63,978 nucleotides of DNA, filler included, from Nemertoderma westbladi (GCA_032718475.1; 3 parts of 3 records of this genome joined end to end with filler, not necessarily neighbours in it); one strand, 5' to 3'; shown: positions 37,616 through 49,104, counted from the whole stretch's first letter. Made by a program: numbers and translations. The notes: a model not told the origin generated them from the letters alone.

Positions 37616-38569
37616 GCCGCGTATTCCCAATCCTTACACTAGTAGGAACACATCTTGAATTGACGCTTGGGATTGGTTAATGAGCTATATTTTGATTGGT
37701 CGTTGAAATCATGTAAGGAATGGAGAGAGGGGGTCGAACTACAGTAGTGTAAGGAGTTTATACTCTGTTGATAGGTAGAAAGTGTTCCAAACGCTGTAAG
37801 GAATGGAGAAAGAGGGTGAAATCATGTAAGGATTATCTGCCTATTAAACGGTTCATTGTCAGGTAACAGTAAAAATATATACGAATAACAATATACAGTA
37901 AATTTATTCAGTGATATCGTTGTATAAGGAATCGTTTTACAGAGCATTCTCCATGATTTTTCTGATGGTGATGGAAGAGATTGTAATAATAGAGTAGCTT
38001 TATTGATAGTATTTACGATTTAAATTTATTAATTTGATGTTCATATTTAAAAGCATTTCACAATTTGTAAACATAAATATTCCAATGAAATAAACTCTTA
38101 ATTTTTCAAATGATGTTTAGTATTTGTTCGATTTACATTTATGTTTATCGACAGGTTTCTGCGGCGCTTTTTAGCGCGTTAAGACATATCAAGTACCATC
38201 AGGTCAGCCAGCAGGCATCTGTTTACTTCTTCTTGTAAGAGCTACTCGTCGGCGCGCTAGTGCAGTTGGCTGTACACGAATAGCAAATAGACTATTCCTA
38301 AGCAAACCTACAGTGTAACACTTGAACTCTGTGTAAAAAGGAATGTATCCCTACAGTAGACCCTAGTAGTCAATGTTCCAATTGTTTCAGCACTAGCAAA
38401 CCAGGCGCTCTTACGCGCGTCTGGGGGCCAACTAACAATATAATAATATGTTCGCAATAAATTATTAAAAAGGCAATTTGTCAAGCGCTCAACTGCAGAT
38501 GTACACTACTGTATAACTAAAAAGTCATTCAGGTTGCCAGATTTCCCAGGAACTTACTGTAATAGACAT

Positions 38570-39804
38570 TGTAAAAGCTTCTGTGGGATATAACTGGCCC
38601 CTTTTGCTTCGCAATCCAGTTTCCCCCCAGGCGCTGGAATACTCTAAAAAGGTTCTCAAACTGTATATATATTCCCCTCGCCCGCAAGGTACCGTTACAG
38701 GTGTTTTAACGGACATAAAAGTCATTCTGCTATATACGTGTTTTGGCGGACATGGTAAGGCAAAAAACCTGTAATGCACCAACTACCTTTCATAGCTTAG
38801 CCGTGATGATTCATATTACGACATCTAACAGCTGGTTGCTGACATGGAAACAGCCATTGGACGCACGGTTCTTTGTTTGGCTTGAGCCAATCAGAGCGAT
38901 TTTTCCTGTCGACGTGTAGCTTTTCAGCCGATCATAAGGAGAGTGTTCAGTCTTACTGCTTTTACTTGATACTTTGTTGTTATTGCTGTCTAAGCCAGAA
39001 ACACCGGCTTTTTGGTAAGAACTCTAGTAAACTGCTTAGATTATAGAAAGTATAACTGTTACCGGCGGTGTTACCTCACTTAATTTAACTGCACTAATCA
39101 TATTGTTTGTACTGCTATTTACCGTCAGTTATTAATTGTATCTATTTGTTGATGGAAATATTGCTCTTTGGAGAATACGGATAAATCACCCAAAAATTCC
39201 CAATTTTCTTGATACACTACAGGTTAGAGAGGCGGGCTATATATAACAATTGCGATTTATATCAATGTGGTGTGTATTGAATCTAATGTTATTTAGTAGA
39301 CACTACCTGAGTCAATTGCTGTGCTCTTTATGTGTGATCAAATATACTGACGGTCGGCAGAATAGTGTGCATGATTGTGAGTGTGATGTGACTGGTAACA
39401 AAGCATTTCCTAAAGAATGCGACTTATACTTTAATCATAAGCCTTATCGTTGCGTTTAGTATAAGTCCTAGCTCTGTTTAAATAGATAGAGCGCCACGTC
39501 CTAAAGGAACTGTTAATATTTCCCGAAAGTTAATAATATCTGTCAGAAATTAATTATTAGTGATCTATCGAATAATACAATAGGTTTACACTGCAACCTT
39601 ACACTGCAATAATAAAATCTAAGCATCCGAATTCAGCCTCCCGGGTGTAGATCCATCGGGTGAATGATCGCGCATGGGCTGGCTTCGGCTAATGTTTTGT
39701 TTATTAGCATAAAATATTGTCGTATGCTAAAGGTGTGTTAATTAACTAAAAGACATATAAATTTTGGCAGGTTAAACTGCTAAAGGTCTTCAAAAGCGCG
39801 AACA
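38570..39804 (+). repeat. 5' LTR of element 2 (1235 bp)
   Basis: Direct repeat of 49105-50274. Confidence 0.95.
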
Positions 39805-42068
39805 GTAACAGTTACTTTGTATTGCAGTGTAAGCATTAAATACAGTTTAATACTGTTCTGTCGAACAGTAACAGTTATTATCTTATTGCAGTAGGCAATA
39901 AGGTTGCAAGTGTAGGCATTAAATACAGTTTAATACTGTTCTGTCGAACAGTAACAGTTAGCTTGTATTGCAGTGTAGGTATTAAATACAGTTTAATACT
40001 GTTCTGGCGAACAGTAACAGTTTATAATCTTATTGCAGTAGGCAATAGGGTTGCAAAATACCGTAGTGACTGGTAAAACTGAACCGGTACTTTGTAGGTC
40101 AGTAGGCCTAACTGTCATCACCGGTACCGGTACTGCTGTACAAGTACATTTAGTATTATTCGATTTTGATTATTGTATACCGGTAGGTCTCGATATTAAA
40201 TCGGGGACGCCTGGTTTTTATTGGGATTTTACTTAGGTCTATTTCTGTCAGTTTTATTTACTAGTAGGCTAATATTGAGCAGAAGGCGTGTGACCCTGCT
40301 CAGATTGTTCAGATAATTGTAGGCTGGGCTGCTGTCTGACTGTTGTTGAGTTTGGAGAGATTACGGCGTGTGTAGAGTTTGTCTGATAAAGTGCCGTTAG
40401 TAAGTTGGGGCAGCCATATGCTGAAGGTCAATCCCCTCTTAAAGAATAAGTCGTACTACCGTGTTAGAACGCATACTAACTAACAGTTTCAGAGTCTGCA
40501 TATACTGTAGTTTATTTAGGCTTGATCGTAGTCTGCCAGTGTTTTAGCCTGTGTTTGTTTGTGTGGTCTGTTCAGGTACCGTAATAGTTATTACTCAACT
40601 AATTTGTAGGCTGGATTGTTGTCTAGCTATTTTTAGGTCTGAAGGGATTACGGCGTGTGTAGAGTTTGTCTGATAAAGTGCCGTTAGTAAGTTGGGGCAG
40701 CCATATGCTGAAGGTCAATCCCCTCTTAAAGAATAAGTCGTACTACCGTGTTAGAACGCATACTAACTAACAGTTTCAGAATCTGCACATACAGTAGTTT
40801 ATTTAGGCTTAGTGGTAGTCTGCCAGCGTTTGGTTTGTATTTTGTTTGAGTATTCTGTACGGGTAGCGTAATATTTATTATTCAGAGTTTATGCGATTAT
40901 TCGCAACATTCATGTCCCCAAGTTTATTCCTACAGTAATTGTGCTTGTTATACATACCGTTATAGTTAAACTAACCCCGGTACTACATCAGGGCTGCTTG
41001 GCGTAGGTAAAGACTGGAGATTTTGTGCTTCGGTCACTCCAGCAGATGCCGTGGTTCTTTTAACTGTTCAAGTATATTTAACTACTGATTATTTGTTATA
41101 CCGGTACTTGTACCTAATTTAGGGTTTAGAGTACAGTGCCTTCCGAAGTAATTAGTGTAGGCAGTATTTTTGTGTTGTAAAGTGGTTGATAGGCACATTC
41201 GTTAGCTCTATTAGCTTCCGGGTAGGAACAATCCGTGATACATAACGTAGTACCTATAGCGATACGGTTATAGGTCGTCAGGCGGTGGTATTTTCCTATC
41301 TGGACAGTACAATATATTTACTACTACTTATTATTTAAATACCGTAGTACCCTGTCCTTTGTAATAACCAGAATCTAACCCTTTGTTGGACTGGTTTGTA
41401 GACTTCCTGTAAAATTACCCTAAAAATTTCGTACGTAATATTTTGTTGTGTTTAATTAGAGAATTAATCTCACCCGTATCGTAAGTAATTTGTAGTATTA
41501 AGTAACTTAGGTAAATTAGAATTATCAGTTTTAGTGTCAAATAAATAACACTTCACTGAGAGCGCTCAGCTTCTGTGTAGTGACTTCCCCAGAAATAATA
41601 ACATTTATTTCAAATATTGTCAAAACCCCCTTTAAACGGGTATATATCTATTATAAATCAACTCAAACGATTTATAAATAGTAGGCCTGCCATACAACAA
41701 CTAGGTCTCACTGTCAGTTGGACTACTGCTTAAATAACGGTAATAAAGTAAGTTAAAGTAACGAAGTAACCCCAAAATATTCAGAAATTCAATTATTCTA
41801 AAAATAATTGACATACCGGTACTTACCATAGGCTTATTATATTTATTTCTATAAATTTGAGCTAAAATTATACCGGTACTCTGTGACAAATCTAGTCTGT
41901 AATAACACTTATATATTATAAGCATACCGGTATTCTAATATTGTGTATATATCACGTTACACTGGGTAACGGTACCGGTAATAAATCGCTAGGCTTGCGG
42001 TCATACTGAATTACTAGACTTACTTTAACTGTATTTATAGCCGTAGGCATTCAACTGTGTAAACAAAC

Positions 42069-45000
42069 ATGTCAGATTCAACCAAATCACTGTCAGATAG
42101 TCTCTTAGAAAGTGTTAGAATGAGTATTAGACTTAGACAGCGTATTAAAAGGATCCGTGACCAAGATCCAAGTATAGAACATCCTAGATCCAAGTCTAAG
42201 TCACCTACTATTGTAAGAAAGGCCATCCCTACAGTAGTAGTGTCAGACCCTAGGCTAGTAGAACAACGTAGGTCTATCATCGGCACTCGGGCCCAAGTCA
42301 AGCGGGATCAAGAAGCAGCTGTCAAGCAGCAGCAACATCCTAGCCAAGAACCTAGTTCTCAGCGGCCCGATAGCTCCAGTAGTTCGGATACTGTTGAGCG
42401 GACGCCCGAACGCAGAGCGGAGATGGCGGATATGGTTTATGATGAGCGGCCAACCTATGAAGAATCAACCGACGCCACTTCTTCTCAAGTAGAAAGCGAG
42501 GTGGAAAGCGAAGTGGAAAGCGAATTAACAGCAGCAGAGAAGCCGCGAACTAGAGACGCCATTGACATATATCTGTCAGACTATCAGCGATTCATAGGAG
42601 ACGAAGAGTTGAGGAGACGACTGTCTGGACTTCGCCCTAATAGTGAAGGAACCAAGCTTGTGTTGGACGCAATCGATGCGGAAATGTTAGCTGTAGAACA
42701 AGCTAAATGTGATGAAAAACTCCGCCTCGTTAGAGTCCAAGAAGAACAAATAAAGAAAAGAAGGATAGAGGAACAAAAGGCGGCGGCTATGGCGGAGGCA
42801 AAGGCAGTGGCAGAAGCAGAAAGGAGAGCATTTGAGCAGACTGCTCAACTGGAGTTGGAGAATCTGCAAGAGACACAAGACAGTATAACTAAACAGTTTA
42901 CTGCTAATCAAATGCAGATGATGAGAAAATCTACTCCCAAGCGCCAGGGGTACACATCCTCGGAGGAAGGCGATACTACCGACCCTGAAGGCGGAGGAAA
43001 TAGATCCCATCTAAGTAGACGTAGAAAAACATATTACCGTCGCAAATTGCCTGATTTGCCCCCAGCTGTTAAAAGACAGCTAACTAGCACAGATTTAGGT
43101 AGTGCAGAACCCATGGAACAATTTATCCAGGTCAAAAGACTCCCTACTATAGTCGATGAACCTGAAATAATTAGGCCTGTTGTTCCCAAAGTCACTTCTG
43201 TGCTAGAGACCCCTACACTTCCAGAGCTTAACCCTAAATTCCCTTTACATAGTACTACACTGCCTGTACCCGGTGGAACAGTCCATGCAAATACCCCTGT
43301 CCAGATAGCAGAGAGAGAAATCAATAATTTGTCTCCCGTCGTCCCGCGTCAGCCCGCTACTATGTTGGCGACTCCCGCTTCGGCGGTTGAGTGGGTGGAA
43401 GAGGGACGGCGGGGGATGAATCTCCTGCTAGGACAGATGCAGGAGACTGTCCACCAACTTAAGGGAACAGTGAGGGAAGGTAGAGCAGAGTTGCAAGAAG
43501 TGCAGCAAAGTATCGCGCTAGAACGCGACAAATTAGTCAATATACAAAAAGGCATACCAATGCCCCCTGTAACACTGTGTCAACCCGTTAGGTCTGAAGT
43601 ATTACATGAGCAAGGTGTGGAGCCTACACGCATCTATACTGCTAGTGAAGTTGAAACTCCTATAGCAAACCCTATTAAGGGTGATTATAGACCTGTTATT
43701 AATGATATTCCCTATAGACCTGATAATGATCCGAGAAATTTATATACAGATAATTCGATATTAAATAACACGATGGTCCAAGAAAGCTTTACGCGTCAGA
43801 TGGCTAGAACAAAAGCCCGCCAAGCGGTCAAAGTGGGAGAGATCGTCAAATTCAATGGAGATGAGATGAAATGGTTACCTTTCAACGAATATTACAAAGA
43901 TAGCATACAGAACTCTGTACTATCTAACGGAGAGAAACTTAGATTCCTCATCAAGTGCTTGGAAGGACCTCCCAAGTTAATGGCGTTAAAGTTTATTGGA
44001 CATCCAGATGGATTGAGACAAGTTTGGGATACACTAAACATCAGGTATGGTAACAAGGATAACATAGCTAAGTATTTGTATGCCAAATTAGTAGCCCCCC
44101 GACACTTCCTTAGTAGCGAGATTATAGAGTTTTCCGATGAAATTCAAGAGATCTGTAGACAACTGGTCTGGTTAGGTAAGTCGCATGAATATCAGAGTTC
44201 CATGGTTATTGGAGCCGTAGTCTCTACTTTACCAAAGGGTGGAGTATGTACACGCTGGGACAAGAAAGTGTTGTACATGAATGAACAACAACGACGAAGT
44301 CCTACCATGGCTGATCTCATGTCTTTCTTAGATAGTGAAGTAAAATTACAACTCATAAGGCAGGCCAGAGAGAAAACATCGGAAAATAAGGTAAGTGAGA
44401 AACCCGATTCTAGGAGAAGGATAATACCAGTGTGTTATACTGACGACGGCGAAAGCCAAGCTTCTCAAGAAGAGGACAGCGGGAAAGACACCGAACGATC
44501 TTACTATGACAACAAGACCTATAAAGACGTAAGTAAATACAAGTCTCGAACCAGTGACAGGAGAGAACAGGTAACAACAACTCCTCCTACGTCTCCTAAG
44601 AGAATTCACGGAAGAAAGCCCGAAGAAAGAACGAGAGTGCAGAACGTTAACCAAGTTAAGGTGAGTAACATCAAACCAAAATGTGCGCTGTGCGACGGGC
44701 CCCACCGTTTGAGTGCGTGTGCAGAATTCCTAAAGAAATCCATGGCAGATAGACGTGGAGTCCTGTGGGATAAACGGTTATGTTATAACTGTCTCAGACG
44801 CGGACACCAGCGGCGAACCTGTTACTCTGACGCAAGGTGTGCTAAGTGCGGCGCGAAACATCATAGCTTGTTGCACACGGAATTCGAACGAAACAACCCT
44901 AGTCAGGTAAGTGAGCCCAAATCACATGTCCAATTCAGTGATGTGAACGACACTGACCAAAGTTCTGAGTGGGAAGGATTCTATACGGACGAATTCTCCG

Positions 45001-46112
45001 ATGCCAACGAATCCTGTTACCTAATAAATACCGCAGTGTATCGAGCACTTACTTACGAAAAGGACATCAACGATGAGTTTCCCCCAACTACTTTCGCCAA
45101 ACAACCATCTTGGAAAGCTCCAGCTTCCAACGTAGGAATCAGAGAATTTCCTGTAGTTCAAGTAAGAGTTCACGGTCTTAACAAAAGCTACATAGTGAAC
45201 GCCCTCCTTGACTCCGGCAGCACAGGAACATTCATCGATCAAGAACTAGCCGAAGATATCTTTGCTGGACAACCCAAATTCCAAACTAAGTTGAATATGT
45301 CCGGAATTATGCAGGTTTGGAAATCTACCATAACGGCAGATTACTATGTAGGTGCGTTGTCCACCCCCCAGGATAAATTAGGAACACAAGGTATAAGGTC
45401 AGTAAAAATGGTGGCCATAAAGAACTTTGCTACTACTCAAGCAGAACCTTATAACTGGGACGAGGACGAGTGCATCCAACATCTTGAGATACCTCGATTC
45501 CAAACCGATTATCCTGGAGTGCAAATCCTCATCGGCCAAAACGCGCATGAGGCGCTCGAGACATTGGAGAAACGGCCTGCTCAACCGCAGCCATTACAAA
45601 CTTATGCGGTAAGAACTAGAGTAGGTTGGTACTTCACTGGCCCTTCCCGTAGAACTCTCAAAGAGAGATTACCTCAACAACAGGTATACCAAGTAAAGGG
45701 GGAAGTGGATAGCAGTGATGTGGACGACCCAACTGAGGGAACACCATACTCCTCAGATAATGACGATATTAACTCCAATGTAGATCAATGGAGACATTGC
45801 CTTGGGACGATTAATCCAGCCGACACCGCTTCCAGAGGAGCAACTCTTCAAGAACTGATAGATACTCCAGGCTGGTTAGGTGGACCCTACTCCCTAAGTA
45901 AAGAAGAAGATGAATGGCCTCCTCATCTTACCACTGAGGAGATTAGACAGGCCAAGGGAGCGGAGGAAGTAACACGACAGCCTAATCGCCCAGCTGGTCG
46001 CTTAGGTTTACTGGAAAGAGACCGAAAACTGTCCGGAAACCATGGAAGGCAGGATACTCTTCCTACGACCACTTCCCTAATTCGACAAAGATCTAGGGAC
46101 TCCATAACGTAA
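42069..46112 (+). CDS. gag: BEL/Pao Gag-protease fused in frame to an RNase H C-terminal remnant, 1347 aa
   Basis: KFNGD...EKLRFLIKCLEGPP...WDTLNIRYG; knuckles CALCDGPHRLSAC, CYNCLRRGHQRRTC, CAKCGAKHHSLLH; protease ALLDSGS (D at 45210); QWRHCLGTINPADTASRG...WLGGP from 45786. Confidence 0.93.
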   Translation: MSDSTKSLSDSLLESVRMSIRLRQRIKRIRDQDPSIEHPRSKSKSPTIVRKAIPTVVVSDPRLVEQRRSIIGTRAQVKRDQEAAVKQQQHPSQEPSSQRPDSSSSSDTVERTPERRAEMADMVYDERPTYEESTDATSSQVESEVESEVESELTAAEKPRTRDAIDIYLSDYQRFIGDEELRRRLSGLRPNSEGTKLVLDAIDAEMLAVEQAKCDEKLRLVRVQEEQIKKRRIEEQKAAAMAEAKAVAEAERRAFEQTAQLELENLQETQDSITKQFTANQMQMMRKSTPKRQGYTSSEEGDTTDPEGGGNRSHLSRRRKTYYRRKLPDLPPAVKRQLTSTDLGSAEPMEQFIQVKRLPTIVDEPEIIRPVVPKVTSVLETPTLPELNPKFPLHSTTLPVPGGTVHANTPVQIAEREINNLSPVVPRQPATMLATPASAVEWVEEGRRGMNLLLGQMQETVHQLKGTVREGRAELQEVQQSIALERDKLVNIQKGIPMPPVTLCQPVRSEVLHEQGVEPTRIYTASEVETPIANPIKGDYRPVINDIPYRPDNDPRNLYTDNSILNNTMVQESFTRQMARTKARQAVKVGEIVKFNGDEMKWLPFNEYYKDSIQNSVLSNGEKLRFLIKCLEGPPKLMALKFIGHPDGLRQVWDTLNIRYGNKDNIAKYLYAKLVAPRHFLSSEIIEFSDEIQEICRQLVWLGKSHEYQSSMVIGAVVSTLPKGGVCTRWDKKVLYMNEQQRRSPTMADLMSFLDSEVKLQLIRQAREKTSENKVSEKPDSRRRIIPVCYTDDGESQASQEEDSGKDTERSYYDNKTYKDVSKYKSRTSDRREQVTTTPPTSPKRIHGRKPEERTRVQNVNQVKVSNIKPKCALCDGPHRLSACAEFLKKSMADRRGVLWDKRLCYNCLRRGHQRRTCYSDARCAKCGAKHHSLLHTEFERNNPSQVSEPKSHVQFSDVNDTDQSSEWEGFYTDEFSDANESCYLINTAVYRALTYEKDINDEFPPTTFAKQPSWKAPASNVGIREFPVVQVRVHGLNKSYIVNALLDSGSTGTFIDQELAEDIFAGQPKFQTKLNMSGIMQVWKSTITADYYVGALSTPQDKLGTQGIRSVKMVAIKNFATTQAEPYNWDEDECIQHLEIPRFQTDYPGVQILIGQNAHEALETLEKRPAQPQPLQTYAVRTRVGWYFTGPSRRTLKERLPQQQVYQVKGEVDSSDVDDPTEGTPYSSDNDDINSNVDQWRHCLGTINPADTASRGATLQELIDTPGWLGGPYSLSKEEDEWPPHLTTEEIRQAKGAEEVTRQPNRPAGRLGLLERDRKLSGNHGRQDTLPTTTSLIRQRSRDSIT

Positions 46113-47736
46113 TTATATATGGAGTGGGTGTGTGACTATATTATTTTATATTTTTTTTTATTATTATTTTATATTTAGGTATGTATTATTATGTAATTTT
46201 ATTATAATCGTTTTCTTTAATTTTATTTAGTAGAATGTTATTTTAGAATATTTAGTAAATTAGTGCAATATATTAGTGTTTATTACGTATTTAATTACTT
46301 ACAATATATTTAGTGCGACGGCAAGAAATAATTATTTTTCTCTTTCCTTACTGTCCGTATTATATTATAAATGCGAGACTATAGTAAGATGACATGTCAG
46401 TACTTCTTAAAGTACAATAAAGCCACTACTATATTTAAGTATTATTGGTAGGCAGAGTATTAGGAATGCAAAGTTCAGATCCTCGTGTCTCGGCTAAACC
46501 AGGCTCTGGGTAGACCTTGGAAACGACTTGCCTCTTCACACTGACATTGCTTCGTGCGATATTGCTCTTCTACCTTATAACAAATAATACATATAGTAGC
46601 GTGATGTCCCTCTAACAGTAGCGTAAATCGCAAATAAATCTGTTAAACTTTTGACCATCTGTAATTCTAGTCGATTAAGATATCGTGGCACCCACCGATA
46701 TACTTGAAAGACAAATTCTAGAATCAGTGGTTAACGTCCCCAGACAAGTTCTGGAATAAATTGGTGCCCATCCTAAATATTAATTTAATATTTGTTAAAA
46801 TCTGTAAAATCCCGATCCTTTAAAATTTCTAGTCAATTAAGATATCGCAGTATTTACCGATATTCTTAGAAGGACTATTTACAGAATTAAGGATCCTGAG
46901 TCCCCAGATATGCTCTGGAATAAAATTTATGTCAATTTAATATCAAATAATAAAATTCACGGGAATAAATTTAAATTCATATTCGAATGAATTTCATAAA
47001 TTGCCATTTTGCGCAATTTACAACATTCCCAAAATTCCAGTAATTAATAGATCATGGGAGCGGAGATTCATATTGAGTGTATTAGAGTGTGAGAATCTCC
47101 AACATATAGTCAATAGCCGATAAAATTTATAAAATCATGCATAAAGAGGATATTGACAATTAAAGAATTACTATTAAATAACATCCCAGATCTGTATGCA
47201 TGAGGATTGCCCTAATTCTACCGCTAGTTTTCCATAATGTCACCATGGCAACACCCACGCTAGAATTAGAAGCAAGTTAAAAGAACAATAAAAGGCTTGT
47301 CCCATTGCGTAGCATAAGAGTATACATAGCGCACTATTAGTATCCAAGGATACATAGTAATAACGTGACATTCTGGAAGACAATGACTAACGGACAAAAT
47401 GGCTTGCATGTGTGCAGTAAGTAATGATTGTATGGAATTTGTGCGTTTATAGGTGAATGATACTACTAAAGTGTGTTTACAGTAGCTAATCGCAATTGTA
47501 AAGTAGCCTAACTCTACCGAGATAACCTCAAGTGGATTCAAGCCTTTGGGACGGACAGTGGTGGGACTTGTGTCGATTATCGTTGTCGTGCTGTTGCTAC
47601 ATGTTGGCGCAAACACCGCGACAACGGTACATCGGCGCTGAGAAACCCACTGTCCGGGGTCAAAGTCTAGTAGGCAGCGACGCCCGCTTGCCTAAATATT
47701 GACTCATACTAATATTAATAAACTCAAATAGCAGAT

Positions 47737-49026
47737 ATGACGGAATTAATAGAAGATGACCTTGGTATTAGAGAGCGATATACTCTACCTTTACAAGCGT
47801 TTGTGGATAGCTTGATACGCGGTGAAGCCGATCCGACTATTACGGAGGACGATGGTCGTTATATCGAACCGCCGATGTCCCAAGAGCAACTTACGCGTGA
47901 ATTGGACTATCGAAAATTAACCGCTCGCTATACGCATCGTAATGGTACGTATATGGACTTCTTAACTACCGGCCATCCTATCGATTTACATGATACGGAC
48001 GATGTAGACACCCTAAAGGGAAATGGTTCTATTTAAATATCATACCCAGCGGAGTCGTAACGATAAACCGAGAATAGATCACGAAAATTCTATTCGTAAC
48101 AGACTGGGAAGACGAACCAATATGCCTAGAATCTGAGGAGATTCAGCCTATCGCGCTCGGAACAGCGACAACGATTACATCCTAGAATGGTATCAAGGTC
48201 CACAGCGTCTCACTGCGTACGATTATCGCCATGCCAACTATGTTTCTCGGCAACGTTGTCGGTTATGCGCATCGAGAGACCATGTTACGCCCATGGACAC
48301 AAACGTCCGCTGTTCCTATTTCCACGAACAACCGGCGATGGAAATTTATTGAGCGTATTGCAGATTTAATAATTTGCATATTTTTACGGTTTGCCCTCAA
48401 TTTATGACTCAATGTCACCACTGTCACCACCATGGACACGCCAGTTTCGATTGCCCTTTTAATCGCGATTTGGAAAGCGTAGATGAAATGATCACACTAC
48501 GTTACATTAGAGCTTGGGAAGCGAACGCTGATTTACATCGTGATTCGCGCCATCGCTATTATCCTGGACGCGCTTACGAAGGAATTTATGCGTTCCATCC
48601 TTATCTATTCGCTTCTGTCGAACAGAAATCACGCATATCGAGTTACAGGAAGTATATCGACGGCCTTACGAGTACCGAGCCCGCGAACGCGAGTTGGAAA
48701 GAACCATTAAACCAAGGAAGTTTCTAACTGCCTATGGTCCACCCACGGCCCTCATTCAGACCACTCGTAAAGGACCCGTAAGAGCGGCTGTCTTGAAACG
48801 AGCTCTCAAAGCCGTTAGACCCCTCTCCCCCGACGTTGATGTCAATCAACTCGGCACTTCGACTGGCGGATACACCGACCATAATCCCATACCTTCTGAT
48901 GCAATCATATTGCACCCTTCACCCAGGAGTTATAGCCCTCCTCGTAAAGTGGCTCGCCCCAAAGAGAAAAGGACTCTGGCTAGCTTTAAAAAACTGCGTA
49001 AACGCCGTCCGCGCATGAAAGACTAA
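47737..49026 (+). pseudogene. Decayed accessory ORF (about 430 codons) with three CCHC-type zinc fingers and a basic C-terminus
   Basis: Reconstructed across a frameshift near 48015-48035, TGA at 48134 and 48350, and a frameshift near 48694-48727: CRLCASRDHVTPMDTNVRC, *AYCRFNNLHIFTVC, CHHCHHHGHASFDC; ends KKLRKRRPRMKD. Confidence 0.65.
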
Positions 49027-49104
49027 CTGTTTAGAGTATTTTCGTATTTGAGAAACTGTGATTTTGTATATTTTATAGACTTAAATCCCATTTTCTGGGA
49101 GCGG

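Noticed and set aside
38525-39459. Identical small ORFs duplicated near 49081-49929 (also 3299 and 12041)
   Set aside because: They lie within LTRs, so the duplication reflects LTR identity, not coding constraint.
47506-47641. Hydrophobic stretch VVGLVSIIVVVLLLHVG as an env remnant
   Set aside because: Short, flanked by stops and without an ectodomain; not supportable, though worth rechecking in intact copies.
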